From Terriglobia bacterium (lineage in GTDB: Bacteria; Acidobacteriota; Terriglobia; 20CM-2-55-15): a stretch of 64,000 bases of DNA. The notes beneath the pieces were generated by a model that was not told where the DNA came from, did not search any database, and worked only from the letters and a program-made list of their open reading frames with translations. Positions within the stretch are counted from its first letter, which is position 1; each line of letters opens with the position of its first letter. A program made the translations under genes and the position numbers. This document shows positions 7,838 through 18,884 of the stretch, in pieces. The DNA lies in assembly GCA_965198225.1 (NCBI GenBank), contig CBDAOY010000007.1:576001-640000 (forward strand). Reading direction: 5' to 3'.

Positions 7838-10264
7838 TTGAAGAGCGATTTCGGAGACCCTCAAGAGATTCAAGCCCGGATTCCTTCCATACCAGAGGAG
7901 TTGCCGATCCTGCCGGTTCGGGACACGGTGATCTTCCCGACCGCGGTCATGCCTCTGACGGTCGGGCGGGAGAGCTCGGTTCAGCTCGTTAATGACGTGC
8001 AGGGCGGTGACGCCCTTTTGGCAGTGCTGACTCAGAGGGACAAAGTCGTAGAGTCACCCGCCCCCGAGGACCTCTACGAAACCGGGACCGTGGCGGTCGT
8101 CCATCGCGTCATGCGAACCCCTGAGGGCAACCTGTTCGTCATCATCATGGCGATCTCTCGCCTGAGGGTCGTCGAATTTACTCAGTTTGAACCCTATCAT
8201 CGCGCCCGGATCGAACTCCTGACGGACGAGCCCGAAGACGAAGACGACGTGAATTTCAAGGCGCTCCGGCGCAGCGTGTTGGGGCAGTTCGAACGGGTGA
8301 TCGAGCTGTCACCGCAGCTTCCCGATGATCTTCAAACCTTCGTCCTCAATATCGAAGAACCCGGCCGGCTCGCCGATTACATCGCCACCAATCTTCCGAA
8401 CCTCACGGTGGAGTCTAAACAGTTCGTCCTGGATCAGACCGGTGTGCGAGAGAGAATGGATTTCCTGAACACGGAACTCGCCAAAGAGCTCGAGGTGCTG
8501 GAACTGCACACGAAGATCCAGACGCAGGTGGAGGAGGAGGTCGGCAAGACCCAGCGCGAATACTTCCTCCGCGAGCAGCTCCGCGCAATCCAGAAAGAGC
8601 TCGGCGAGACGGACGATTCGCAGCGGGAAATCGATGAGCTCAGGGAGAAAATCGAGCAAGCCGAGATGCCGGAGGAGGCGCTGAAAGAGGCGGAGCGTGA
8701 GTTGACCCGACTGCAACGAATGTCGCCGGCGGCGGCCGAGTATACAGTCACCAGAACGTATCTGGACTGGCTGGTGACCCTGCCCTGGAGCATCCTGTCG
8801 AAACAGAAGGTCGACATCGTCCACGCGAAGGAAATCCTCGAGCGGGACCACCACGACCTGGAGAAGATCAAAGAGCGGATACTCGAACATCTCGCCGTCC
8901 TGGAGTTACGGCCGGAAGGGAAAGCACCGATTCTTTGTTTCGTCGGACCTCCCGGGGTGGGAAAGACTTCGCTCGGACGTTCGATCGCCGAGGCCATGGG
9001 CCGGAAGTTCATACGGATGTCACTGGGTGGAATGCGGGATGAGGCGGAGATCCGCGGCCATCGTCGAACCTACATTGGAGCGCTACCGGGTCAGATCATC
9101 CAGAGCATCCGCAGGGTTGGTACACGGGACCCTGTCCTGATGCTCGACGAGATCGACAAACTTGGCGCCGACTTCCGCGGAGATCCGGCCGCCGCGCTGC
9201 TCGAAGTGCTCGATCCGGAGCAGAACGTCGGTTTTCGCGACCACTACCTGGATGTTGCATTCGATCTGTCGCGAGTCTTTTTCATCACCACGGCGAACGT
9301 TCTGGACACGGTTCCGTCCGCTTTGAGGGATCGGATGGAAACAATCGAGCTGCCCGGCTACACCGAGGAAGAGAAAGTGCAGATCGCAAAGCACTATCTG
9401 GTGCCCCGCCAGCGGGAAGACAATGGCGTCGAGCCGGACCAGATCCTCTTCGATGAAGATGCCCTCCAGTACATCACCCGACACCACACGCGTGAAGCGG
9501 GCGTCCGGAACCTCGAGCGTGAGATCGGAAACATTTGCCGGAAGTACGCCCGAAGAATCCTCGAAGGTGAGCCACCGCAGGCCGAGGTGACCCAAGAAGT
9601 CATTTCGGACTTGCTGGGGGCCCGCAAGTTTCAGATTGCCGAAGAACTCGAAGACCGCGTCAAACGCCCGGGCGTTGCGGTTGGCCTTGCCTGGACGCCG
9701 GTTGGAGGTGAGGTCTTGTTCGTCGAGGCCAGCCTTACCGGCGGCGGCCGTCACCTGACTGTTACGGGCCAGGTCGGAGACGTTATGCAGGAGTCTACGA
9801 AGGCTGCCCTGACCTGGGTCCGGTCGGTGGCGCCCCGGCTGGGTCTGGAGTCGGACTTCTACAAGGACAGGGACATCCACATCCACGTGCCATCGGGATC
9901 GATCCCCAAGGACGGGCCGTCGGCGGGCGTCACGATGGTTACCGCACTGGTCTCGGCGCTTATGTCCCAAGCCGTGAGACCAAAGCTGGCCATGACGGGG
10001 GAGATCACACTGAGCGGTCATGTCCTTCCGGTCGGCGGGATCAAGGAGAAGGTGCTGGCGGCGCGTCGGGCCGGCGTGGAAGAAGTCGTTCTGCCCGCCG
10101 AGAACGAGAAGAACGCTCTGGAGGAAATACAGGACGAACTGCGCAGCTCCATCCGTATCCGGTATGTCAAAACCATTGAAGACGTGCTGGATCTCGCCTT
10201 CCCGGAACCCGTATTGCTTCCATCTGTGGCCAGCGGGGTTTCTGAAGCTTCGAAGAGCCAGTGA
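7838..10264 (+). CDS. lon: ATP-dependent Lon protease
   Basis: LPILPVRD N-domain, GPPGVGKT, LDEIDK, PKDGPSAG catalytic Ser. Start estimated at TTG 7838 after a GGAGAGG RBS. Confidence 0.97.
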   Translation: MKSDFGDPQEIQARIPSIPEELPILPVRDTVIFPTAVMPLTVGRESSVQLVNDVQGGDALLAVLTQRDKVVESPAPEDLYETGTVAVVHRVMRTPEGNLFVIIMAISRLRVVEFTQFEPYHRARIELLTDEPEDEDDVNFKALRRSVLGQFERVIELSPQLPDDLQTFVLNIEEPGRLADYIATNLPNLTVESKQFVLDQTGVRERMDFLNTELAKELEVLELHTKIQTQVEEEVGKTQREYFLREQLRAIQKELGETDDSQREIDELREKIEQAEMPEEALKEAERELTRLQRMSPAAAEYTVTRTYLDWLVTLPWSILSKQKVDIVHAKEILERDHHDLEKIKERILEHLAVLELRPEGKAPILCFVGPPGVGKTSLGRSIAEAMGRKFIRMSLGGMRDEAEIRGHRRTYIGALPGQIIQSIRRVGTRDPVLMLDEIDKLGADFRGDPAAALLEVLDPEQNVGFRDHYLDVAFDLSRVFFITTANVLDTVPSALRDRMETIELPGYTEEEKVQIAKHYLVPRQREDNGVEPDQILFDEDALQYITRHHTREAGVRNLEREIGNICRKYARRILEGEPPQAEVTQEVISDLLGARKFQIAEELEDRVKRPGVAVGLAWTPVGGEVLFVEASLTGGGRHLTVTGQVGDVMQESTKAALTWVRSVAPRLGLESDFYKDRDIHIHVPSGSIPKDGPSAGVTMVTALVSALMSQAVRPKLAMTGEITLSGHVLPVGGIKEKVLAARRAGVEEVVLPAENEKNALEEIQDELRSSIRIRYVKTIEDVLDLAFPEPVLLPSVASGVSEASKSQ

Positions 10265-10334
10265 AAGGGTGACGGATCGGCCGCCAGCCTCGCCGCGACT
10301 GTTGTTAAGTCAATATTACAAAAGAGTTCCCGCT

Positions 10335-10364
10335 TTGACAGGAACTCTGACTCCGCCTTATATT
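10335..10364 (+). promoter_or_regulatory. Candidate sigma70 promoter for thrC
   Basis: TTGACA-18nt-TATATT; the -35 box is flanked by inverted repeat AGAGTTCC/GGAACTCT. Confidence 0.45.
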
Positions 10365-10408
10365 TTGACTAGCGACAACGCTTCAGTGTCAAGCTTCTCC
10401 GTTGTGTC

Positions 10409-11740
10409 ATGGAAATGACGAGCACCTCTACCGAGACCGAGTTTACAGCCTGGTTTGAATGCTTCTCGGGTTGCGGAGACCGGTACCCGCTGGACGAGAT
10501 CGTGTACCGCTGCAAGAACTGCGACGGCCTCCTCGAGGTCCGTCACGATCACGACGCGCTGGGGATGGTCGGGCCCGAGCAGTGGAAGGAGCTTTTCGAT
10601 TCGCGGCTCGCCGGCTCGAGTGGCGTCTGGTCGAAGAAAGAGTGGGTTCTTCCCCTCGTCGCGCCCGCCGACATCGTGTCGCTGGGCGAAGGCAACACGC
10701 CCATGATTTCCAGCCCCAGGATGGCCGCGGATCTCGGTGTCGAGGAACTGCACATAAAACAGTGCGGGACCACGCACACCGCGTCGTTCAAGGATCTGGG
10801 GATGACTGTGCTCGTTTCGATGGTCAACAGGATCCGTTCGAGGATTCGTGCGGTGGTTTGTGCATCGACTGGCGACACGTCGGCGGCCCTGGCGGCCTAC
10901 TGTGCCGCGGCAGGAATACCGTCGATCGTGTTTCTGCCCAGGGACAAGGTGTCGCTGGCGCAGTTGATCCAACCGATATCCAACGGGGCCCTCACCCTGT
11001 CGCTCGACACCGACTTTGACGGCTGCATGAAGATCGTGCAGGAGGTGACCCGGGATCCGTCGATCTATCTGGCCAACTCCATGAACTCGCTGCGCGTCGA
11101 AGGGCAGAAAACTATCAGCGTCGAGATCGTCCAGCAACTGGGGTGGGAGGTCCCGGAGTACGTCGTCGTACCCGGCGGCAACCTTGGCAACATTTCCGCG
11201 ATCGGAAGCGGTTTTCTCTTGATGAGGGAACTGGGATTGATTTCACGGCTTCCGCGGCTCGTCTGTGCGCAGACAGAGAAGGCCAACCCGCTCTACAGAG
11301 CGTACCTTGACGGCCTGGAGGCGCTTGAACCGGTCGTCGCCCAGCCGACGATGGCGACGGCCATTCAGATCGGCAACCCGGTGAGCTTTCCCAAGGCGGT
11401 CCGCGCCCTTCGGGCGACGGACGGGATCGTCGAGCAGGTCAGTGAGGCCGAGCTGGCCGACGCGGCGGCCTACGGTGACCGGTTCGGTTTCTTTAACGAT
11501 CCGCAGACGGGCGTCGCTCTGGGCGTGACGCGAAAGCTGATTCGTTCCGGAACCATCCCGGCAAGCGCTCGGGTCGTGGTGATCAGCACGGCCCACGGTT
11601 TGAAGTTCATAGACTTCAAGTTGCAGATTCACCAGGGCCAGATTCCCGATACCGATCAGGCGCTGCGGAACCTTCCCGTGGAGGTCCCGGCGGATGTCGA
11701 CGAAATCCGGGCAACGATCAATGGAACGCTACCTGCATGA
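10409..11740 (+). CDS. thrC: Threonine synthase
   Basis: SLGEGNTP, TASFKDLGM (PLP Lys), CASTGDTSAALAAY, PGGNLGN; N-terminal Cys cluster. Confidence 0.92.
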   Translation: MEMTSTSTETEFTAWFECFSGCGDRYPLDEIVYRCKNCDGLLEVRHDHDALGMVGPEQWKELFDSRLAGSSGVWSKKEWVLPLVAPADIVSLGEGNTPMISSPRMAADLGVEELHIKQCGTTHTASFKDLGMTVLVSMVNRIRSRIRAVVCASTGDTSAALAAYCAAAGIPSIVFLPRDKVSLAQLIQPISNGALTLSLDTDFDGCMKIVQEVTRDPSIYLANSMNSLRVEGQKTISVEIVQQLGWEVPEYVVVPGGNLGNISAIGSGFLLMRELGLISRLPRLVCAQTEKANPLYRAYLDGLEALEPVVAQPTMATAIQIGNPVSFPKAVRALRATDGIVEQVSEAELADAAAYGDRFGFFNDPQTGVALGVTRKLIRSGTIPASARVVVISTAHGLKFIDFKLQIHQGQIPDTDQALRNLPVEVPADVDEIRATINGTLPA

Positions 11741-11802
11741 CAATCTGTTGCGACCTGAAATATCTCTTGTTTCAGCAAGTTAAGGTCTTCATCGGGTGAC
11801 GT

Positions 11803-14800
11803 GTGGTCAAAATGAACACAGTGTGGCGACTAATGTTCTCACTGATTGTGGTAGTGATCGTCGCGCTGATCGTGGCATTGCCTGCGTCCGCACAGTCGAT
11901 TCTAAGCTTCCCGCACGTTGTCCAGACCCCCACCGTCCGGACAGCCTTTTCGCTGTCGAATCTCTCTGATTTGGACGCAGAGGTCGATTTCACCCTCTAC
12001 TCTCTTGACGGCAGAATCGTCACCGGTCTCGCAAACCCCGTGCGCTACCGCATCGAGGCTCGGGGGGCGCTTTCGATGTTCGCGGACGAAGTGTTCGCGG
12101 CCAACGGATTCGAAGGCTGGGTTCAGGTAACGAGTCCGACCTCCGGAATAGACGGGTTTCTCTACGAGGGTGACTTCCGATCCGCTCTGGACGCCGCGCG
12201 CGGGGCAGTGGCCCTTACGGACCAGATCGTGCCCTGGCTGGGCGATTCCGGCGGTGATCTCCGTATCATCAACTCCTCCTCTCAGGCAGCGTCCCTCAAC
12301 GTTGCGTTTGCCAACAGCCGGGGAGACATCGTCGGCTCGGTGCCGGCGATCCTGAACGCCAACTCGGGTATCAGCGTCCCGACTTCCGATTTCATACTGC
12401 AGGGAGGCGGAAACCTGACGGCCCGGGTGACGTCCAGTGTCGGGGTGGTAGCCCAGGCCCTGGTCGAAACGAACGGCTCTCTCGTTCTCGTGAACGGGCA
12501 ATCAGCATCCGCAACAGCTACCGTTCGTAGGGCTCCCCACGCAATCCTCGGCAACGGTTTTGATTCCATGCTGGTTCTTGCGAACCCGACGGGCCAGGCG
12601 GTGACCGTTTCGGCGACGTTCTTCGACGAGAACGGCGGTCCGGTTCATGCTTCGCTCAGTGCCCCATCGCAGCAACTCCTCACCATTCCGGCGAACGGCT
12701 CGGTTTCAGTCGGCGCCACCCAGTTGACGGGACTCCTTTTTGCCCCGGCCGTAAATGGATGGATCGAAGTGACTTCGCCGAACGTTCCCCTCGGTGCCTC
12801 GGTCGTGATTACCCAAGGCTTGAACCGGACGGTCTACCCGTTGCAGAGCGAGGGTCTCGGCCGGGTCTTCTACCCACAACTTTCGGAAGCACAAGGTCTG
12901 TTGACGGGACTCGTCCTGGTGAATCCGAGTCCGGTTTCCGCCACAGTTGCACTCAGGCTGGTCGATGGCGACGGTTTCGCGATCAGCAGTTCGGAAATCG
13001 AGTTGGCGGCCAATTCGAAGCAGACCGCGTATGTGCGCGACATCCTGCCGGGGTTCGACCCCAGCCGGGGTGGGCTGCTCTTGCTGGAGTCTTCGGAACT
13101 CTACGGGCTCGAGATCGTTGGCGACGAGGGAGGTGGGTTGCTTGCCGCCGTTGAACCCGGATCCCTGACAGCCGACTTCGAACCGAAGCCGAGTACGGCT
13201 CGACCCGAGCTGGTGGACGTCTCCCCGCTCGAGGGGCGAACGGGCGATTCGATTCGGATACGCACTTCGAACGTGGGTGACGACGGCACGGTGTTTCTCG
13301 GGGACCGGCCCCTCACCGCGCGGTTCCTGGCTCCCGGCATCGCAATTCAGGTCGTCGACATCCCCGCCATCGAACCCGGATTCGTCGACCTGCGAGTCCG
13401 CTCCGCGGACGGGCGCGAATCCGACCCCGTGCCTATACTGGTGCTGCCGGACGACGCGACTTCCCTGCGAGAGGTTCGTGGCCGAGCTTTCTACGAGAAA
13501 GTGGACATCGGCACCGACGGGTTGAACCTGGCTCGTCCGGTCATGGTGCCGATACGATACGCCCGCGTAGACATCCTGAACCGTCAGACCGGCCTTCTCG
13601 TTTCGGTCGCTGATACTGATGAGAACGGCCATTTCCGTGCCGCCGTCCCGGAAGGTCCCGATTACAGTCTTCGTGTCCTGAGCCAGCTCCGATCTTCAGA
13701 GGCCGTTGTCGCCGACAACACCAACGGCGGATCCGTTTTCTTTGTGGGCGCGGACGTCGACACCGAGGGGACTCCGATTCTTGTACGCGCGGGATTCGAC
13801 GCGAACGTCGGGCGCTTTCAACATTCTCGAAGTCGTTAGACGGGGCAGTGCCTACGTGGATGCAGTCGAGCCGGCCCTGCAATTGCCCCAGTTGACGATC
13901 TTCTGGAGTCCTATCAACACGAACCGTGATGGAAACCCGTTCCTCGGCGAAATCGGAGGCACGTTCTTTGACGTTTCCGACTCTACCGCCTTCATTCTCG
14001 GCGACCGAGCTACCGATTCCGACGAGTTTGATGACTCGGTGATTCTCCACGAGTACGCTCACCTGCTCGCGGCCAGGTTCTCCGCCGATGATTCTCCGGG
14101 CGGGGCGCATGTTCTCGGCGATGTCCTTGATCCCCGCGTCGCCTGGTCGGAAGGCTGGGCTAATTTCTTTTCCGCCGTCGTGCGAAACGATCCCGTCTAC
14201 CGGGATTCCATGGGACAGGACGGCGCAACAGCTCTCGAGTACGACCTCGAGGTCAACAGTCCGGCCGGAGACCAGCCCGGATACTGGAGTGAGTTTTCCG
14301 TTCATTCGATTCTGTGGGATCTGTTCGATGAAAGTGATGATCCCGGCGACGTCTTCCAGCTTCCGTTTACCACAATCTGGAGCGCCTTCAGATCGCTGGC
14401 CCTGGAGCGGTTTGTGTACTTGCCCATTTTCCTCGACCGTTTGGCCGCCCTTGACCCGGAAGCAGCTTCCATCCTGGACCAGATCGTTCGGCTGCGGGCC
14501 ATAGATTTCTCATCGGCAAACGATCCCAGCGTCTCGAACCCCTTCCCACGCATACTCCCGGACACGTTGCCGGTCACCGGGGAGGTCGATTCGGCGTCGC
14601 GCGCGCGAGACAATCTCGCGCAATCGGCACATCTCTATTCTTTCGACGTCGATGGCGGGGCCGTTTCGATCCGCCTGGATGTGACGGGGCTCGGTCCGGC
14701 GCAGAACCCAGACGCGAACGACCTGGATCTGTTCCTGAGGGATTCGGAGGGGCGCATCATCGCGCGTTCCGATCGAGGCTTGAACGGACAGTCGGAATTG

Positions 14801-14923
14801 ATCTCGACATTCCTGCCTGAAGGACGGTACGTAGTCGAAATTCGCAGTTTCTACACTCGAGGCGAGACCGGAGAGTTGGTCTTCAATTCCGGTGCCTACC
14901 GGCTGATCGTGAGGCGGCCGTAA
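11803..14923 (+). CDS. Large exported multidomain protein with HExxH metallopeptidase and PPC-like C-terminal domain; split by an apparent frameshift near 13780
   Basis: Signal peptide, repeated beta-rich domains, IPT/TIG-like segment. The second ORF carries VILHEYAH, WSEGWANF and DLDLFLRD. The two ORFs overlap at 13706-13839. Confidence 0.7.
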
Positions 14924-14954
14924 GGCGGCCTGCGGCCGCCAGTAGTCAGTAGTC

Positions 14955-15015
14955 AAACTCCCCTCCTTGGTGGATAAGGAGGGGTGGATGCGCCGAAGGC
15001 GCAGACGGGGTGGTT
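14955..15015. repeat. CCCCTCC/GGAGGGG palindromic intergenic repeat (family 3)
   Basis: CCCCTCCTT-7nt-AAGGAGGGG, then GCGCC-GAA-GGCGC hairpin and GGGGTGGTT. Confidence 0.7.
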
Positions 15016-15045
15016 TCCGGGGTCGGCTAGCCTTTTCTCACGTTC

Positions 15046-15113
15046 CTGCTTAAGCCAACACCCGGGGACAGGGCCAGGCCCCTGTCCCCCTCACAGTGGC
15101 TCTCTCGCGGATC
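15046..15113. repeat. GGGGACAGGG/CCCTGTCCCC palindromic repeat (family 2), copy 1
   Basis: Near-identical to 34545-34611; related to 35242-35303 and partial 19454-19486. Confidence 0.85.
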
Positions 15114-15172
15114 ATTTCGCTCAACCAACAACGCGGACAACGGCCTACGCGCAACGGCCTACGGATAACTGA

Positions 15173-16369
15173 CTACCGACTACTGACTACTTCTTCAATC
15201 CCGTAGCACTCCACGGCAGCCGCAACCCCCGAACCTCTCGGTACCGAACAGCCCTGATCCGCCAAGGCCTCTTCCAGCGCACCCAGCAGGAGCAAGATGT
15301 TGTTTCGGATCGACGAAGAGCCCATCAGGCCGATCCGCCAGATTTTTCCCCTCAGTGGGCCGAGACCGCCGACGATTTCGATTCCGTATCGTTCCAGCAG
15401 GAGCCGCCGCACTGCAACGTCGTCCACCCCATCCGGAACCAGGACCGTGTTCACCGTCCACGCTCGATTCTCGGGGCGGGCAAACATTTCCAGGCCCATC
15501 GCCTCGATTCCGGCTACCAGCGCCAGGTGGTTCTGCCGGTGCCGGGAGAACCGGTTCGCCAGTCCTTCCTCTTCGATTATTCGGAGGGCTTCGCGCATCG
15601 CGTAGTTCAAGTTGATCGGTGCCGTGTGATGGTAGACGCGATTGGTCTTTCTCCAATACTTGCCGAGCAACGACAGGTCCAGATACCAGCTCTGCACGGG
15701 AGTCGAACGCTTCTCAAGCTTTCGAATCGCCTTGTCGGAAAGCGAAACAGGCGCGAGACCCGGCGGGCAACTCAAACACTTCTGACTGCCGCTGTACACG
15801 AAATCGAGGTTGTTTTTCGCCGCCGCCAGCGGTTGTCCGCCGAGCGACGCGACCGCGTCCACGATCGAAACGATGTCCCCGCGCCCGCAGATCTCCGCCA
15901 GTGGTTCGAGCGGTTGTGCGACGCCCGTCGAGGTCTCCACGTGAACGAAGCCCAACACGCAGGGCTTACACTCGTCGATTGCCCGGCTGATCTGTTCGGG
16001 TTCAAACACCTCTCCCCATTCCGCTTCGAGCCGGGTCACCCTGCCGCCTGCCCTCTCGGCAATGTCGGCCATACGGCCGGCAAAGAAGCCGGAGCTGCAG
16101 ATCAGGACGGAATCCCCGGGCTCGATCATGTTGACCAGGGCCGCTTCCATTCCCGCGGTACCGGTACCCGAGATCGGAAGCGTCAGCGTGTTTTCGGCCT
16201 CAAAAACCATCCGAAGGCCGTCCTGTACCACGTCCATTACTTCACCCTCGAAGACAGGGTCCATGTGGCTGAGCACGGACTGGGACAACGCGTCCATGAC
16301 GCGGGGGTCGACATCGCTGGGCCCCGGGCCCAGCAGAACTCTGAATGGGGCGTGAAACTCCTTGGTCAA
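15173..16369 (-). CDS. Alanine-glyoxylate / serine-pyruvate aminotransferase (class V PLP)
   Basis: LLGPGPS, HVETSTGV, DAVASLGG, SGSQKCLSCPPG. Confidence 0.92.
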   Translation of the reverse strand: MTKEFHAPFRVLLGPGPSDVDPRVMDALSQSVLSHMDPVFEGEVMDVVQDGLRMVFEAENTLTLPISGTGTAGMEAALVNMIEPGDSVLICSSGFFAGRMADIAERAGGRVTRLEAEWGEVFEPEQISRAIDECKPCVLGFVHVETSTGVAQPLEPLAEICGRGDIVSIVDAVASLGGQPLAAAKNNLDFVYSGSQKCLSCPPGLAPVSLSDKAIRKLEKRSTPVQSWYLDLSLLGKYWRKTNRVYHHTAPINLNYAMREALRIIEEEGLANRFSRHRQNHLALVAGIEAMGLEMFARPENRAWTVNTVLVPDGVDDVAVRRLLLERYGIEIVGGLGPLRGKIWRIGLMGSSSIRNNILLLLGALEEALADQGCSVPRGSGVAAAVECYGIEEVVSSR

Positions 16370-16398
16370 TTCGATACGTGCTCCGTCGAGATGGAAAA

Positions 16399-17052
16399 CT
16401 ACTGCGTTCCCGCCAGGGCCTGCTCAATCAGATCGTTCACCTGATCGGACTTCATTTCCCCTACGACGACGTACGGGTTCTCGACGTCACCGTCGACGAT
16501 GATGATGTTGAACGGCGTTCCCCACTTGCGGCTGTCGCCCAGAGTTTTTCGTAGAAGGTACTGGAAGGTTTCCATTCGGATGGTTTCCCGCTCATCGTAC
16601 GCCACGACGCTACCGATGATGACCGGGTACTTCATATCATGCTTCGCTATGAAATCCCGGACCTTGTCGATTTCGCTGTACTCGGTCCGTGTCACGATTT
16701 CCAGGCCCCGGGAGTGGTACTTCTCGTAGAGTTCTCCGAGGTAGGGCGCTTCGTAGTTGCAGTTCTTGCACCACTCTGCCGTGTAGGAGAGAAGCAGGAT
16801 CTTCGCCTGTTCGTATTCCGGTTCTGCCGGCAAGTGGAAGTTCACCCTCCCACCATCCAGAGCCGTTCCGTAGAAATCCTGGAACCGAAACAAATCTTTG
16901 AGCTTGGCCAGGTCGGCGGGGACCGTAACGGGATTGTCGGAGAGATACTTGGCCAACACCTCCGACGCCTTTACGTGCAGCAGATCCGCGTACTCATGAT
17001 CATCAGCGACCGGCGCCTGCAGTGCCAACGCAAGGATCAGACTCGAGATCAT
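16399..17052 (-). CDS. Exported TlpA/redoxin-family thioredoxin-fold protein
   Basis: AEWCKNCNYEAP (CxxC) and GTP cis-Pro loop; signal peptide from ATG 17052 with GGAGG RBS. Confidence 0.85.
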   Translation of the reverse strand: MISSLILALALQAPVADDHEYADLLHVKASEVLAKYLSDNPVTVPADLAKLKDLFRFQDFYGTALDGGRVNFHLPAEPEYEQAKILLLSYTAEWCKNCNYEAPYLGELYEKYHSRGLEIVTRTEYSEIDKVRDFIAKHDMKYPVIIGSVVAYDERETIRMETFQYLLRKTLGDSRKWGTPFNIIIVDGDVENPYVVVGEMKSDQVNDLIEQALAGTQ

Positions 17053-17128
17053 AGCCACCTCCAAACTCTCGATTATACCCCGTACTGGACACCCATTACG
17101 AACATCGGAAAATGAACTACCGACTACT

Positions 17129-18880
17129 CTACAAACAGTACCGGTCCCCATCGATCAGCGCTTCCGCTATTCGGCGGCGCGCGGCAACTGTATCGGTCGG
17201 GACCCAGGCGAGGACTCTTCGCAGGGCCGCCAGACGATCGGTGAGATCTCCCCCGTCGGTGACGGAGGCAAGTGCCTGGCGGCCGGCCGATTCCAGGCGC
17301 ATCGTCGCATCGGTGATGAACGTGCTCACGATGTCGGGATAGAGGTCATTGTTCCCCTTCGAAAAGCGGCAGAGGGCCGTGTCGATCGCGTAGGTCTCGA
17401 TGACCATATTGCTGAGGTGCATGAGGAGCTCCTGCTGATCCCGGATGTCTGTCCCATGTTTCTGCATGACCGATCCGGCGACGAACAGGGAGGCGGTCCT
17501 TGCCTGTGCGGCGGCCCCATCTGGACCATGCATCCCTCCCGAAGCTTTTACGGGCGATCCTGAGAGCGCGTCCTCGACGGCGGCGGCGGTCGCTTCCATC
17601 AGCGGCAGGGCACCCGACTGAGCCCGCTTGACGAGCATCGTCGGGATCAGCAGGCGGTTGATCTCGTTCGTTCCTTCAAAAATCCGGTTTACCCGGGAAT
17701 CCCGGTAGTAGCGCTCGACGGCATACTCCTTGCTGTAGCCATAGCCGCCGTAGATCTGAACCGCCTCGTCGACGACGTAGTCGAGCACCTCGGTGCCGAA
17801 GACCTTCAGGATCGAGCACTCGATCGCGTATTCTTCGATCGCCTTCATGACCTGGGCCGACTGAGCTTGATCGACTATCGCCAGACCGGCATCCATCAGG
17901 CCGGCCGTTCGATAGACCATCGCTTCGGTGATCCAGATCCGGATAGCCATCTCGGCGAGTTTGTGCTGGATTGCCCCGAAAGAGGCGATCGGCCTGGTGA
18001 ACGCGACACGTTCCTTCGCGTAGCGGATCGAATCGTTCAACGCGGTCTTGCTGCCGCCAGCGGCGTTCGCACCGAGTTTCGCCCTCCCGGTGTTCAGGAT
18101 ATTGAAGGCGACACGATGTCCCTTACCTATTTCTCCCAGGAGGTTTTTAGCAGGGACCTGAGCGTTGTCGAGGATCACGGTGCTCGTGGAAGAGCCCAGC
18201 AGCCCCATCTTCTTTTCTTCCGAGCCGACGGAGACGCCGGGATGTTTCCTCTCCACGATGAAACAGCTGAATTCGTCGCCGTCGACTTGAGCGAATGTCA
18301 CGAAGACATCGGCGAATGCCGCGTTCGTGATCCACATTTTCTCGCCGGAGAGGATCCAGTGCCTCCCATCCCCACTCCTGGACCCTCTGGCCCTGGCCGC
18401 CAGAGCGTCAGAACCGCTGCTTGCCTCCGACAGTGCATACGAAGTGAAGAGCTCTGCTTTGCAGAAGCGCGGCAGGTACTCGAGCTTTTGCTCTTCGGTC
18501 CCGAAGTAAACGATGGGCAGTGTTCCGATGCCGGCGTGTCCACCGTAGGACACTGCGAAGGATCCGACGCGGCCAAGCTGTTCTTGGACGATCATCGCCG
18601 AGACCTTGTCGAGGCTTTCGCCCCCGTACTTTTCCGGAACTTCGATGCCCAGCAGGCCCAGCTCACCGCATCGTCGCAGGAGCGAAGTCGTGACCTCCCA
18701 GTCCTTGCTTTCGATCTCTTCAACGCGTGGCACGACCTCCGCTTCGACGAACTGTTGAGTCATTTCGCGGATCAATTCGTGCTCTTCGGAAAAATCTTCG
18801 GGGGTGAAAACGTTCTGCTCGGGGCTCGCATCCAGCAGAAAACTGCCGCCCTTTCCGGAACTGGTTACAGATTCTTTCAT
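17129..18880 (-). CDS. Acyl-CoA dehydrogenase (long, FadE/AcdA-like)
   Basis: ALSEASSGSDA, GEKMWITN, QIYGGYGY, RIFEGTNEINR. Confidence 0.95.
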   Translation of the reverse strand: MKESVTSSGKGGSFLLDASPEQNVFTPEDFSEEHELIREMTQQFVEAEVVPRVEEIESKDWEVTTSLLRRCGELGLLGIEVPEKYGGESLDKVSAMIVQEQLGRVGSFAVSYGGHAGIGTLPIVYFGTEEQKLEYLPRFCKAELFTSYALSEASSGSDALAARARGSRSGDGRHWILSGEKMWITNAAFADVFVTFAQVDGDEFSCFIVERKHPGVSVGSEEKKMGLLGSSTSTVILDNAQVPAKNLLGEIGKGHRVAFNILNTGRAKLGANAAGGSKTALNDSIRYAKERVAFTRPIASFGAIQHKLAEMAIRIWITEAMVYRTAGLMDAGLAIVDQAQSAQVMKAIEEYAIECSILKVFGTEVLDYVVDEAVQIYGGYGYSKEYAVERYYRDSRVNRIFEGTNEINRLLIPTMLVKRAQSGALPLMEATAAAVEDALSGSPVKASGGMHGPDGAAAQARTASLFVAGSVMQKHGTDIRDQQELLMHLSNMVIETYAIDTALCRFSKGNNDLYPDIVSTFITDATMRLESAGRQALASVTDGGDLTDRLAALRRVLAWVPTDTVAARRRIAEALIDGDRYCL

Positions 18881-18884
18881 TCGC

